From Vicugna vicugna (Eukaryota): a DNA stretch of 64,000 nt. Location of the stretch: NCBI GenBank assembly GCA_013265495.1, contig MU058844.1, positions 10,686,184-10,750,183 on the forward strand, written 5' to 3'. Below are positions 26,871 to 38,539 of this stretch, one piece after another; the first letter of the stretch is position 1; each line of letters starts with the position of its first letter. Below the pieces are notes generated by a model that saw nothing but the letters and a program-made list of their open reading frames with translations, was not told where the DNA came from and did no database searches. Position numbers and translations under genes: made by a program.

Positions 26871-28699
26871 TCTGGCCTTTCTTCAGAGCAAACACTGCTC
26901 CCCCAACCTGGGCTTGTCGTTAATATTGAGCCCGAGCCACTGAGTGACTAACACAGAACTATGGACAAAGTCTAAAAACTTAAGGTTACTGAGATGTACA
27001 GAAGAATTTAGGGGATAGTATTTATATGATGTAACAGCAGTGTTTTTAATCCATTGCAACAGTTTATTGATTTTGAAGAATCTGATCCAAATCCTTATGA
27101 AAAGAAAATTACTGTAATAAAATTTTACTTTCAAGGCAATGAACCATAGAACTCTCTCAATGGAGGTTTGTTACCCTGAGATCCTGGCTCTTTACTTAGC
27201 TTCTGTGGACAGGTGCACCCTTCTTTCCATAAAGAGTGTATTTATTTGCCAAATATATTTCTATTATTTGTAGCTTACTGTTGCCTTTTTTTTTCTTCCA
27301 CCTGCATGTAGGTAAAAAGCTTAAAAGAGAAAAAGGGAGAGAGTTGAAGTGATTTGGGGATTCCTCCAGGACAGCAGTTTCAATGAGAGTGCTGCTTGGT
27401 GAGGAAACTTGTAAATGGGCCAATATCTTCTCAATCTTTACTTCAAAGTTATCTACGTTCCCTTAAAAGGCAGAAGGGGGGAGGCGTGTGGACTCAGAAG
27501 GTATCAAGTTCAAATTCCTTTATTAAAGTATTCTCATTAGTGAAAATCAAAACAAAGAAAAAGCCGAGTGCTAAAAAAAAAAATATATAATGGTACATCC
27601 CAGAATTTCCCTCTGGTTTCCGCTGCTAAATTCTTTATCTAATTTAATAGAAACTGGCACAAAGCTGACGGGTCAGCGGTGCGATAAAAGACCTACATAG
27701 TCATTAGAGTTGGGCGAACACAGCAGTGTCTCAGCCTCTTGCCTTCTGCTGTTTTCTTTCTAGATTTGCATCTGGAGTCAGACTTCCTGAGTGAAAACGT
27801 AGCCTGTGTTTTGACATGCAGCTGCTATATGAGGAAGAGAGATTTAAAACTATTTTTGGATATATTTGTGTAGTATTTCAGCAAGGTGATTCCTGAGCTA
27901 TTTTTAACGTATGTCCACATATTGTTCACTGTCCTTATTTTTCTTAGGTGTGCTTACTTAATACCTTTGAGATGCTAATGGAATAGAGCTAAATACGGGT
28001 TAGAAACTTGGCTGAGATCTTGATTCACTTGGTGGTTTAACGTACTTACTGATACTTGGTATTACCTGTGCTTTGGAAGTTTATAAGATCTCTCAAGACT
28101 AGTTCATTTTAAAGGTATGAGTTTCTTGGGGGAACTTTCTGCATAACAGACCTCCAAGAGGGAAACAAAATTCAAGGACACATTTAAACAACCTTCCTGA
28201 AATACAGCATCAGTAGCAAATAATTTTGTTAGGTTTCTGCAGTGAATATAGGATGTTGATGGAGTCAGATAACATACTCGTTCTTTAAAATCACTATTAT
28301 AACAAATATTTTATAATAATCCTTTTACTCAGAGTATAAATAATAGATAATACAATCTACCTGCATAAATAATTTTTGCAAATCAGTAAAATGGGCGAGC
28401 TACAATATAAAGGAGAAACAAGAAAGTAATTTATAATGAAATAATATTTAATAATTATATTTCATTATAAAAATCTTCAGGCGAAACTATACTAGAAGAC
28501 ACAATGAAGTAACTGAATGCTTGCAGCTGCTAAAAGGGATGTTTGGATTTAGAGAAACAAGACAAAAGATTTGCAAACATGAAAGATCAGAGGTGAGGCA
28601 AACATTGGAATAAAAGCTAGAATATTCAGTTTACATCAGAGCCAGGCAAAAACACTTTTGTGTTGATATGTCAAATTGTTCTAAGTTCAGATCATGATA

Positions 28700-28925
28700 A
28701 GCAGGGTTTCCTTCTATATGCATATCCCAGGGAGACTGTAAAATTTGTGCTGAAGGTGGGGTAGTTTTTCTTTATGTGAAACTTGTCTCTCATTTTGCAA
28801 GATGTGTAGGGCCCTGGGCCCATGGCCTTGAAATGCGGTAGCTGTGTGTTTCAGCACTGAAAAGGCTCAGTGATTATTCCACAGTATCCTGTAGGGGGCA
28901 GTGCCAACTCTATAAAGAACCAAAC
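28700..28925. mobile_element. MER20/MER20B-like hAT-Charlie relic
   Basis: 'ttgcaagatgtgtag..ccctggg...aatgc.gtagc...ttcca....cctgtagggggcagtgcc...aagaacca' resembles MER20B. Confidence 0.5.
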
Positions 28926-28964
28926 TGACTTTCTGCCGTAAGATTAAGTTTTTCATGTATTCTT

Positions 28965-29092
28965 TATTTTACGGGGGGTGAAATAGTAGTGGGGGTAATT
29001 AAGTTTATTTATGTTTAATGGCAGTGCCGGGGATTGAACCCAGCACCTTGTGCATGCTAAGCACACACTCTACCACTGAGCTATACCCTTCC
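28965..29092 (-). mobile_element. Vic-1-like tRNA-derived SINE
   Basis: 'ggggattgaacccagcaccttgtgcatgctaagcacacactctaccactgagctatacccttcc'. TSD TCATGTATTCTT (28953-28964) / TCATGTGTTCTT (29096-29107). Confidence 0.9.
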
Positions 29093-30313
29093 TGCTCATG
29101 TGTTCTTAAAACATACACACATATACCCCACACACTCCCTGTATTCACATTGGATTTACATATACACAGATGCATGGCCTACATTTTGAATCAGAATTAA
29201 ACTAAACTAGACTCAAATGTTTATTGAGCATAAGCATGATCACTAAGTGTGCTGTGATGGATTGCAACCCTTATCTCTAAGTGTCCTTGTCCCAAATATA
29301 GTCTTTCAGCATTGCGTTGATGAAGTCACTCAATACTGCAAAGCCCTTTCTCTGAAAATAACACTCATCGGTATTGTAACTTTTTTCTTAAGAGATTTTC
29401 AACTTAGTAGAGGTTAACAATGAATAATTTCACTTAACATTTTAGCCAGTGCTTTTCTGAAGTGTGAGAAGAACTGAGTCACCAATGATAGCTGAAGAGT
29501 TCATCTACGTGATGAAACGGAATCTAGCCATAAGTGCTTAGGCACTAATGGGTTATTCACAGGACAATCTATCAGAGTCAGTCTAGTAAAAGAAATGCAG
29601 AAACGTAAAGTGAATCAACATTTGCCTTTAAAGCCAGTGAAAAACTCAGAATAAGTATTAAACATGTGTTCCAGGTATTCGATCATTTAAAATAAACAAC
29701 AAAAGACAAATATGAAATACCAACCAACATCTCTGAACAGGCACACAGAACCCTGATAGCTTCATGTCAGTTGAGAAAGGAACAGTGCGGAGGTGATTGG
29801 TAGCCATTTGATATTCTGTTAAGGAATAATCACAAAACTGTGAATTGTTTCCTGACACAGCCCTGCACCTACAACCTGAACCATGTGTGCCTTACTAAGC
29901 TTCAGCCTTCTTATCTGTGAAATGGGTATAATAATTATTCTCACTTAGTAGAGATTTTATAGGGCAGAAGGGAGCACGTGCTTCCATGCTAGGTGGTCAA
30001 TGAATTTTGGTGATCACTACCATAATTATTGTTATTCACACACTGTGGATTACCATATGTTCCTAAGGACTCTCCTCATATGTTTCTTGAGATTATCTTC
30101 TTGAATTAACATTATGCCCTTGGCATTAGCATATAGCAATGATACGTTCATTCTGCAGCCACATGAAGGAAAACAGTTACTGGACTGCATTTTTCCTCAC
30201 TGATGAATATTTACTTGCGCCATATTTAGTCAATTCTATCACCACTGGCTGTTGAGTTTTGTTGGCTGTTGCTATGAGGGATAACACTGAGGACACCTAC
30301 TAGATGTTCAGGA

Positions 30314-30502
30314 CACTGCTTTCAAACTGTGTTCCGTACAGCTAGGTGCCTTTGTCGCTGATGATGTGAGTGTTCTGGGAGGGTGAGTGAGGAAGGTGCC
30401 TTTAACTTACCAAGGCAGCTCTGACTTGCTTTACATAGGTTTCTGTATAATATTTCATTTGAACAAAGGGGATCCTTGGCTAAAAAGGTTTGAAAACTAT
30501 TG
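30314..30502. mobile_element. Non-autonomous hAT-Charlie-type DNA transposon (MITE-like)
   Basis: Degenerate terminal inverted repeats CACTGCTTTCAAAC / GTTTGAAAACTATTG. Confidence 0.55.
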
Positions 30503-30689
30503 TTTTCTAGCTCAGTTTCTCCAAGCATGTCACAAGAACCACACTGTTGGGTGTAATGTTACTATCTCTAATATGGTACTACCTGTGCTGTTATTTCTCG
30601 CATGTTGTCAGATACTTTCAAAGTATGGGGGATAGGGATGTGTGAGGAATTTACATTTCAGTGAGAAAGGAAAAACAAAACCAGATAAC

Positions 30690-31500
30690 CAAGGTCGAGA
30701 TTTTAATGGAGAGCTCAGAAAGGTTGGAGGAAGACTCAAATAATTCTGCTTTGGGAAAAGAGGGAATTTCTCATCCAAATGGCAACATCTAAACTAGTTC
30801 TTGAGTGATTGAAAAAAAAAAAAAAAGAATGTGTCAGGGTTAATGGGGAAAGGGAGTTTAGGAAGAGAGAAAGCTTGAGGGGAGACACCGGAGTGTGAAA
30901 GTACTGGCTGGTTTTAGAGGTGTTTAAGGAGGAGATTTCACAAGACTTAAATGGATGCAGGTATAGGCCTGGAGATGCATGAGAGCAGGGAGACGAGGAC
31001 AATAGTGAGATTTCTCATCTGAATAGCTGGGAGAACGGGGCAGCCCAGGGAGAGCCTGTAGACTAAGAATGGAGCAGGGTTAAAAACACAACCCTGTAAA
31101 CAAGGACCTCTAACACTTAAGGGAGGGAAAGACAATGAAAAGAGAGGACCAGTCAATGAAAAGAATAAGGAGGGAAAGAAAGAAGGGGAGGCAATGAGAG
31201 CAGAGTCCTAGACACCAAGAATTTTCTGATGATTAAGGCTGATCAAAATAACGATGCAGAAATATCTGATCAAGTGAAGGTTGACAATAATCCTCATAAT
31301 CGTGCATCAGTAAGTACCCGGTGGCCATTTTAACAGTACTTGAAGGGTGGAAATTGGAGTGGAAAACGCTGCGTTGTTAATGGGAGTTGAAGAAATGGGT
31401 GTCAGGGTCTATGTATTCTAATCCATCTGGTGTAGATGTGATGGAGGAAGAGAGAGTGGTGGATGATGACAGAGGAGGTGTAAGGTTAGGAGAAGAAAAG
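30690..31500 (-). mobile_element. L2 LINE fragment (degenerate)
   Basis: Purine-rich antisense L2 motifs, e.g. 'ggcctggagatgcat' and 'acctctaacacttaaggga'. Confidence 0.5.
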
Positions 31501-31857
31501 TTGAGAGCATAAGAAGGAAACTGACATTTCAGAAGCCCCGGCTATGCATAGAACTTCACAGGTACTTGCTGATATGTGAGCCTTGAGCCTACTGTAGGCT
31601 AAGAGGAATTACGGGGTAAGAAAATGAAATTACAGGGGGAAAAAAAGGAAAATTGGAGGAGATGATGGGAAGAGGAAACACCAAGAGGGAATTTATCTTT
31701 CTAAGAACAGGCAGCCTTGTAATGAGTTTAAAGAATGCAATGCTTGAATATTGCGCTGCAAAGTTTCTGGAATTTTCTCAATCTTGGGTTGTCTGACCTG
31801 AATAGAGGGCTTTTCTAAAATAGAAATAGACTTGTTAAAAAATGACAGCTTGAGTTT

Positions 31858-32082
31858 AATAATAGCTGACACATACAGAGCGCTTACTCCATGCCAGACA
31901 CTCTGCTAGCACTTTGTATGTTTTGATGCCTTTCCCCCAAACCTTATGATGGAGATATTCTTTTTATCCCCTTTTTATATCAGAAGAAACTGATGCACAG
32001 CAAGGTGAAGTAACATTCCCGAGGTCACAGAGCTAGTATGTGGCAGAGTTAAGATTTGAACCCATGCAATCTGTGACCAGAA
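31858..32082 (-). mobile_element. MIR SINE (well preserved)
   Basis: 'aataatagctgacac...gagcgcttactccatgccagacact...gaaactga.gcacag...gaggtcacagagctagta.gtggcagag...gatttgaaccca'. Confidence 0.85.
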
Positions 32083-32267
32083 CTTTGTTGTTTATCTATT
32101 TTATATACAGTAGTTTATATCTGCTGATCCCAAACTCCTAATTTATTCCTCCTCCTTTCCCCTTTGGTAACCATAGGTTTGTTTTCTATTCTGTGAGTCT
32201 GTTTTTGCTTTGTAAGTTCGTTCATTTGAGCTATTTTTTTGAAGAGATCATACAGCATTTGTCTTTC
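32083..32267 (-). mobile_element. L1 3'UTR fragment (same family as 18053-18523)
   Basis: 'ttgttgtttatctattttatatacagtagtt...ccctttggtaaccataggtttgttttcta..tgtgagtctgttt'. Confidence 0.85.
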
Positions 32268-33711
32268 AGAGCTTGTGTTTTTAATCCCTGTGTTAAGCTG
32301 TCTATCCACTGGTATTTTGCATGAATTGCCTAACCGCCCTTAGCCCACTTGCTCTTATTCTGGGCTAAGAGTCGAGTTCTGGCTATTTGGCTTTCTGCTG
32401 TGCTTAAGGAAAGGTGCACTCTACTTCAAGAAGCTCATGAATATCAAAACCTTAATCACCACTATTTGGATGACACGAGTGCATGCTTTACAAACCAAGC
32501 ATGGCCCCAGTCACATTAAAATCAGAGTTGCAAAATAAAGAAACGTTCTGAAAAAAACCTTGTCTGCTTCATTTAGATAACAGCGTGCAGAATGAAGTGA
32601 AAGATAAAAATGCTCCGCGTTTACCATTTCCTTTTCCTTTTCTTACTTGAAGCCCCATTTTGCTCTGGGTGATACCATCAGGCAATTTGGTTGGAGTGCG
32701 TTCCATGCTGGACTGTGCCGATTACCCAACTAACGACATGCACACTGTTGCCATTGTGACACCCCTCTTCTCACAAGTGGGAATTTCAAGTGACAGACTA
32801 AAGCTGTTCGCTATCAATTTGCAAAAAAACCCACATCTGCCAGATAGCCAAGATTTAGTTCAGAGACGGAAATCAATTAATATTCTAATTTGTTACCTGT
32901 CATTAGCATCTCGCCAAATTATGCCAAGTCAAAAGTAATCACCTTTATATAACATATGCTCCTAGAGGGATTTGATTTAGGGATATGTTGTATTTTTGTT
33001 GCATGTCACTCCCTGTGTATAAATCCCATTAGAAGTTTCAATTACATGGGTAGTAAAATTGTGATGGATTCAAATGAAAGTATAAAATATGCAGTTACAT
33101 ATTTATAATCAAATGGCATTGCTGTATTTATGATTGGGTTTTTCTAACACTTATTTACCAAGCCATTTTAAGATTTTATGGGTTTTACTTGTTTCTTCCC
33201 ATTAAATCAAGGAGAGAGCTAGCAAAATAATATTTCTGCAGGTGTTACCCAGATCCTCTGACATTCTGATATTTTAGGTTGCTAGTCACAAGCGAATCTC
33301 CAGGCAGGAGAAACTTGATTACCTGGTCTGAATTCCAGTTTGCAAGAAAGAGATACAGGAATGGGACAGTGGCTTGGGAAAGAATGAAATGAGATTAGCC
33401 AAGGGAAAGAAAAGAAAGAAGGGAGAATTGCAGAGATATTTTTTCCAGCTGATTGTTTTCTTGCTGATAAACAGGGAGGAAAATATAAAGTAATGCCTGG
33501 CTCTAAGTGGAAAAGGCTACAAGATGGAGTTGTCATTATAAATATGAAAACAACTTCTTTTTTTTTTCCAACATGAATGACACCGTCAAGCATTGAAATG
33601 ATGCTTTTCGGTGTCAGAAATTTAAAAAAAATTAATATGCTTTAAATTCTCAGCATCTTAACAAGGTGTCAGAAATCTAAGAGTGGTAGTTCAGGATATA
33701 AGTTCAATCAA

Positions 33712-34090
33712 GTTGATTGATTGATTCATTCATTCAACAAATAGATAGAGTGCCCCATATAGACCAAGGACCACCAGGGACAAGACTATGCATAGAACAG
33801 ATCCAACTTCTTGCCTTCATAGAGCTTTTTGAGAGAGAGCTAGAGCAATTTAAAAACAGGTAATAAAATACACAGCATTGCAGGTGGTGCTGAGTAATAC
33901 AGTGAGAAACAGAGCAAGGGAGAAGACAGGAAATGCCGGCAAAGATGGGGCAGGATAAAAGAATGAATGCTGGCAAAGATGCGGATGGCTGGGAGGATAA
34001 TTTTAAAAAGCATGGTTGGGGAAATCCTAGTTAAGAAGATGACATGCAGCGGAGGCCTATGAGAGAACAGGGTGTGTGGACACATGGGGA
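33712..34090 (-). mobile_element. L2 3' end
   Basis: (TTGA/TTCA)n tail 'ttcattcattcaacaaata', then 'ttgccttcatagagctt'. Confidence 0.7.
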
Positions 34091-34619
34091 ACTTTAAATC
34101 CCACTGTTGACAGTGTTGTGAGGCCTCTCATAGTGTTTACTCTCCCAGAGAAGGAGATGGTGTTGAAGACAAGGCAGAATATGCATTTAGGTCGGTGTTA
34201 TTCATTGCCTTCTCTGCCTCTCTATAACACATTTCTTTTAAAGCAAATATTCAAGTGAGAGTTTGCCCCCATGATACAGGAATTCGGTTTTTGCTATGTA
34301 GTTGTGACTTCTAAGTTGCATCAAAAGTGCCAAAAATCAGTCTGTTAGCTCAGTAGCAAAGCTGAGCAGAGAACTTAAGAGCCTGCGATGCCCAACCCGG
34401 GGCTCGCTCCGTTGGACCATCTCCATCTTCAGTAGGTTTACAGGATCTTCTTGCTGAGAATGGTAATTACTAACATTATTGTACAAAGAGTGCATCTCAG
34501 ATGTACCTGAATTTGTTGAAAATGGACAGACAGATCAACAAGTTGTTAATTCCTTGGAGGATAAGATGATTTCTTGTAGTTTACATTTCTCACTGTCCTT
34601 AGAGAATAGAGACATTTTA

Positions 34620-35230
34620 GAAATTGCTCATCTGGACTATTGCAATATTCTGCTTTCTCTTCTGCCTTTGCCCCTCTAAGTACATTTTCAACATAATAGC
34701 AAGGGTGATTCTTAAGAAAAACCTATGTCAGATCATGGGACACCTCTGCTGGAAACATCTCAAAGGCATTTTATTTCACGCAGAGGAAAATCTGGGTTCC
34801 TTAGAACAATCTACAAGGCTCCACATGCTGTGGCCTCAGCTACAACCCAAGTCATCCTCTGCCATTCTCCACCTTGTTTTATTCTATTTAAGGCACAGGT
34901 TGCTCCTTGCTGATCCAGGCAGATTATTGCCTTTGTCTGTATTGCCCAGATTTTATAACTTTCTCCCCAAATTCCTCCAAGTTTCCTTACAAGGTACATC
35001 AGCTGAGATCATCCTAAAATATAACAACCCTTTACCCTACACCCCCTTCCCTATCCTACTGACTCTCCTTCAGTTTCCCTTCTATCATGTATCACTACAT
35101 GATGCATTATATAGATTTGCCTCTTTACTGATTAAATTACTTCTTTGCTTCCACTATGATATCAGCTTTGTGAGGGCCAAGACCTACTTCCTGACATGTA
35201 GAAACATATCTAATGCATAGTAAATATTCA
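34620..35230 (+). mobile_element. L2 3' region
   Basis: 'ctcatctggactattgcaata...atgtcagatcatg...tacaaggctccacatg...cagctttgtgagggc...gcatagtaaatattca'. Confidence 0.75.
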
Positions 35231-35804
35231 GATCTGCAGAAAAAAGACCCACTTGTAGGCTGAGATTTAAAGGCTACTGATCGAACTGAGGCTACACTCA
35301 AACAAATAAACTTAGGTATAGATTGTTTTCATCCTGATGACAACAAAGAAAATTTTAAAAGCTATGCAAACGATTTTGAAATATTAACACATGAATGAAA
35401 CAAAGCCAAATTTGTACCAATGGGAAAGTACATTTTAGCTATTGTTTGTGAATAATCTTCACAGTGGAATGATTTCATAAATAGAAATAAAAAAGACATA
35501 CACCACAACCCATAAACATTAATATTCCCCAGAGAGACACTGAAGAAGATAAAAAAGAATCCACTTACCTTAAACATAATAGTTTTTTCATAAATGAGAC
35601 TTTCATTTCATTAAGTTAAATACTTAATAAGAATATTCCATTTCCAAGAATATTCCATCTTATTTTTGCAATACTCCCATTCCAACAACAAAAAATCAAA
35701 TGCATGTTGGTAGTATGTTACAAGGAAATGTGCTTTTTTCCCCCAATGGGTAAGTTGATTTTCAACCATTTATTTTTACTCAGGTAGCAATAAATAATAC
35801 TCAC

Positions 35805-35970
35805 ATGGAATTTTATGCAACTCGTTCATAAACTTCTCCTTCAGCTTAGAAAATGTGTCCTCCTTTCCTTCCCCAGGACTGGCTGGCTCTGTGGCGTTAT
35901 TTGGTAGAACAGTGGCAACAGTGGTGACTGGCGGGGCTGCCAGGGCCTCGTGATGACTTTCACTCACCAT
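35805..35970 (-). CDS. SYT1: Synaptotagmin-1, first coding exon (lumenal N-terminal domain, aa 1-55 plus first base of codon 56)
   Basis: Translates [55 protein letters not shown], the mammalian SYT1 N-terminus. The ATG context is AAAATGG. The exon ends at donor CCAT|GTGAGTA (phase 1). The next exon (transmembrane segment) is not in the window. Confidence 0.98.
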
Positions 35971-36020
35971 TTTAGGTTCAGGTGGAGCTCTGAGGGGAGG
36001 GAAGCAAACAAAGAACAACT
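35971..36020 (-). promoter_or_regulatory. SYT1: 3' splice acceptor and short 5'UTR part of the SYT1 first coding exon
   Basis: Minus strand reads ttgttctttgtttgcttccctcccctCAGAGctccacctgaacctaaaATG: a polypyrimidine tract then AG. The exon starts at 35989 (CAG) or 35987 (GAG). Confidence 0.85.
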
Positions 36021-37514
36021 CAAAATGGCTTAACTGATCCCACATCAAAGCTATACCAGAGATGAAAAAACATCAGAGGGTGCACCTGCTCACTGGGTAA
36101 ATAGTTTGTCATTAGCATATTACTCTATGTTGCTTCATGAAATATTTATAGACCCACAGCAAAGGTTCTTCCCCAGAAGGTAAGACCAGACATCACTACT
36201 GAAAGCATTCTCGCCCAACAATAATGTGAAAGTGTCAAATCTGTTAGTTACTTATGCAGGCAATTACTGCTCAGTAGATTTAACTTTTTAACCTGGATCT
36301 TACTGAAATGTGTATGAAACACTTGTTGACAACATACATGCTCTAAACTCTAAACGTTATGTGTTTTCTAAAAGGACAGGAGAGACCAAATATTTACATT
36401 GGAAGTGCTGATATAGCATACATTCAAAGTGTTAGTCAATTTAAAAATGGTTATAAAGAACACTATTAAAACATTGATACTCTGGGATTCCTGAATTTTA
36501 CACAGAAATCAGCTCTTGAATCTCACTTATTGACAGTATGTTTTTTTCCTCTTAGTTTTTTTTTTTTTTGGCATTTACTATCGACAATACGCTGATCAAT
36601 TATTCACCTGTCTTTCTGAATGAGTTTTTGAAGCCACTGTAAATGTGACATGATTGACATATACCAAAGCACTGATGATAAAACATGACTTTATTTAATT
36701 ATTTCAGTTTATTTAGTTTGATTATATTTTGGATTATTTTATTCAATTAATTTCTTCAATTACTTTAAATACTTGTTTATCTTCAAAACATTTAAAAAAA
36801 TTAATCCTTAAAGTAGTTAGTGAAAAAAATCTTAGCCTTAGAGGAAACAGTTCTAGTGTTTCTCACTAGCTAAATGAAGATTGACTAGGCATTTAATCTC
36901 CTAATTTATACTTTTTGAAATATAAAGAATTGAAACCTGCCCCTAGATTTTTCTTAGTATATGTGGAGTGCTCTATAAAAATAAGAAAGGTCTTTTAAAG
37001 GGGTAGAACTGGAGTTATGTTTTCCAATCTAAACATATTTTGGACTTGAATAATTTTACTGTGCGATTTCAGGTTTCAGGCTGTGCTGGGGATAGTGGGC
37101 ATGGTTTGGGAGAGAAACAGATAAATACAAATAGGCTTGGGTATGAGTGACTTTCCACTCTCACTAAGAGCTGATGGACCCCTAACGCCCTTTTGACTTG
37201 CAAAGAAATGGAAATAACCAGCGAATTGGATAAAGGATTTTTATAGAATTCAAACCTTGTGTGAATTAATTATGCATACTTACAGATTCAGTGAAAGTAT
37301 AACTGAAAGTGGAACAATCTCAGATATGCAGGGTTTATCACAATCTTAATCAAAATCTAGATTTTAGATCTGAAAGGAGATAATGGCTGAGGCTAATCCA
37401 CATACACAGATAATCAGTTTTTACTTTATAACAGATTAGTTCTCTTATTTCAAGCTTTTAATTTCAATAGCAGCTACTAATAAAATCCTAAGGGGTAGAA
37501 TTGGGCAGAGCGGG

Positions 37515-37790
37515 GCTCAGGGCATCTCTGTTCTTCAGTTTCTTCATTTGTAAAATGAGAATAATCATATCAGATATAGAAGGTTTTAATCTATGTGAAG
37601 AATTCAGCACAATGCCTGGCATGGAAGTTTGTTCCTTGTATTGATCAGTTGATGGACCCAGCAATCAATCGATTTTACATGTGAGGAGACTGAGGTGATG
37701 CGGCTGGTTCAAAGTTACATAGTAGCAATTACTGGCATTGAGATTTGAACCTAGGTGTCTTAGCCACTATAGTATAAAGGACTTGCCCAC
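37515..37790. mobile_element. Two MIR fragments in opposite orientation
   Basis: 'cagtttcttcatttgtaaaatgagaataat...gcacaatgcctggca' (+), then 'ttttacatgtgaggagactgagg...gatttgaacctagg' (-). Confidence 0.7.
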
Positions 37791-38539
37791 TATGAGACTA
37801 GAATCTAAAAAAATTGTGTTTTTTTGAAGGAGTTTCGGACTATAACCCTTAGTAAGTAGTACATTTTATATTGCGCTCCAGTACACACTTTGCATCTATG
37901 TGTTATATATGAAACATGTTTCATATTAAAAAAAACTTGCCTTACCATGTGTGAAATATTCTTACATATTCCATTCTATTCTGTTCTTTTTATTAAAAAT
38001 TTCTGGTTGTCTATGTTAGTAGTTTCACAATCCACTACTGGTTTGAGACCTACAGTTGGGAAAGTCACTATAATAAGGGGCGTGTGGAGACAGAATAACA
38101 CTAAATGGGGCTAACAGAAACTAAAGACGCCATTTATTAAGAATCCACTATGTGCCAAAATACTGTCATTGAGATTTAAGTATAATATCTTCAATTCTTG
38201 TTATAACTCGAAAAGTAACTTGGTCTTTTTTTTACAGAAAAAAAGTGGGTTGTGGAGAGGTTGGGTGATTTGTTTTACACGGATTTAGTCTGATTTAAGG
38301 TTCCTTCCACTTGTCTACTCTAATCATATTTAAGTATTCTGAAACAGTTCAGTCAGCACTGGAAATGTATTTATGACATTCTTTTGAATTGCTTTGCTGG
38401 TAAACAGCAAACACAAGTCATCTGACTGATAGGAAACAGACTGAATGACTTTGGAGGTGTGGTCATTTAGTTTGTTAGAGTGGAGTTTAGCACCTGGAAT
38501 ATGCCAAGAGAAATACTGTTGAATAGAAAAGTAAATTCC

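Larger units (their letters stand above)
1..35804 (-). other. SYT1: SYT1 intron downstream of the first coding exon (partial)
   Basis: Starts with the GTGAGT donor at 35804. I saw no further SYT1 coding sequence, consistent with the known very long SYT1 introns. Confidence 0.85.

Noticed and set aside
33880..33896. TCAGCACCAC RE1 left half-site (minus strand) inside L2
   Set aside because: No GGACAG right half at canonical spacing.
34624..35220. 198-aa ORF, the longest in the track
   Set aside because: It coincides with a decayed L2 3' region, starts at a non-ATG codon and has no recognisable domain. Chance ORF.
35971..36048. N-terminal extension of the SYT1 ORF in the track (MMWDQLSH...)
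   Set aside because: It runs through the intronic polypyrimidine tract and acceptor. The conserved protein starts at ATG 35970.
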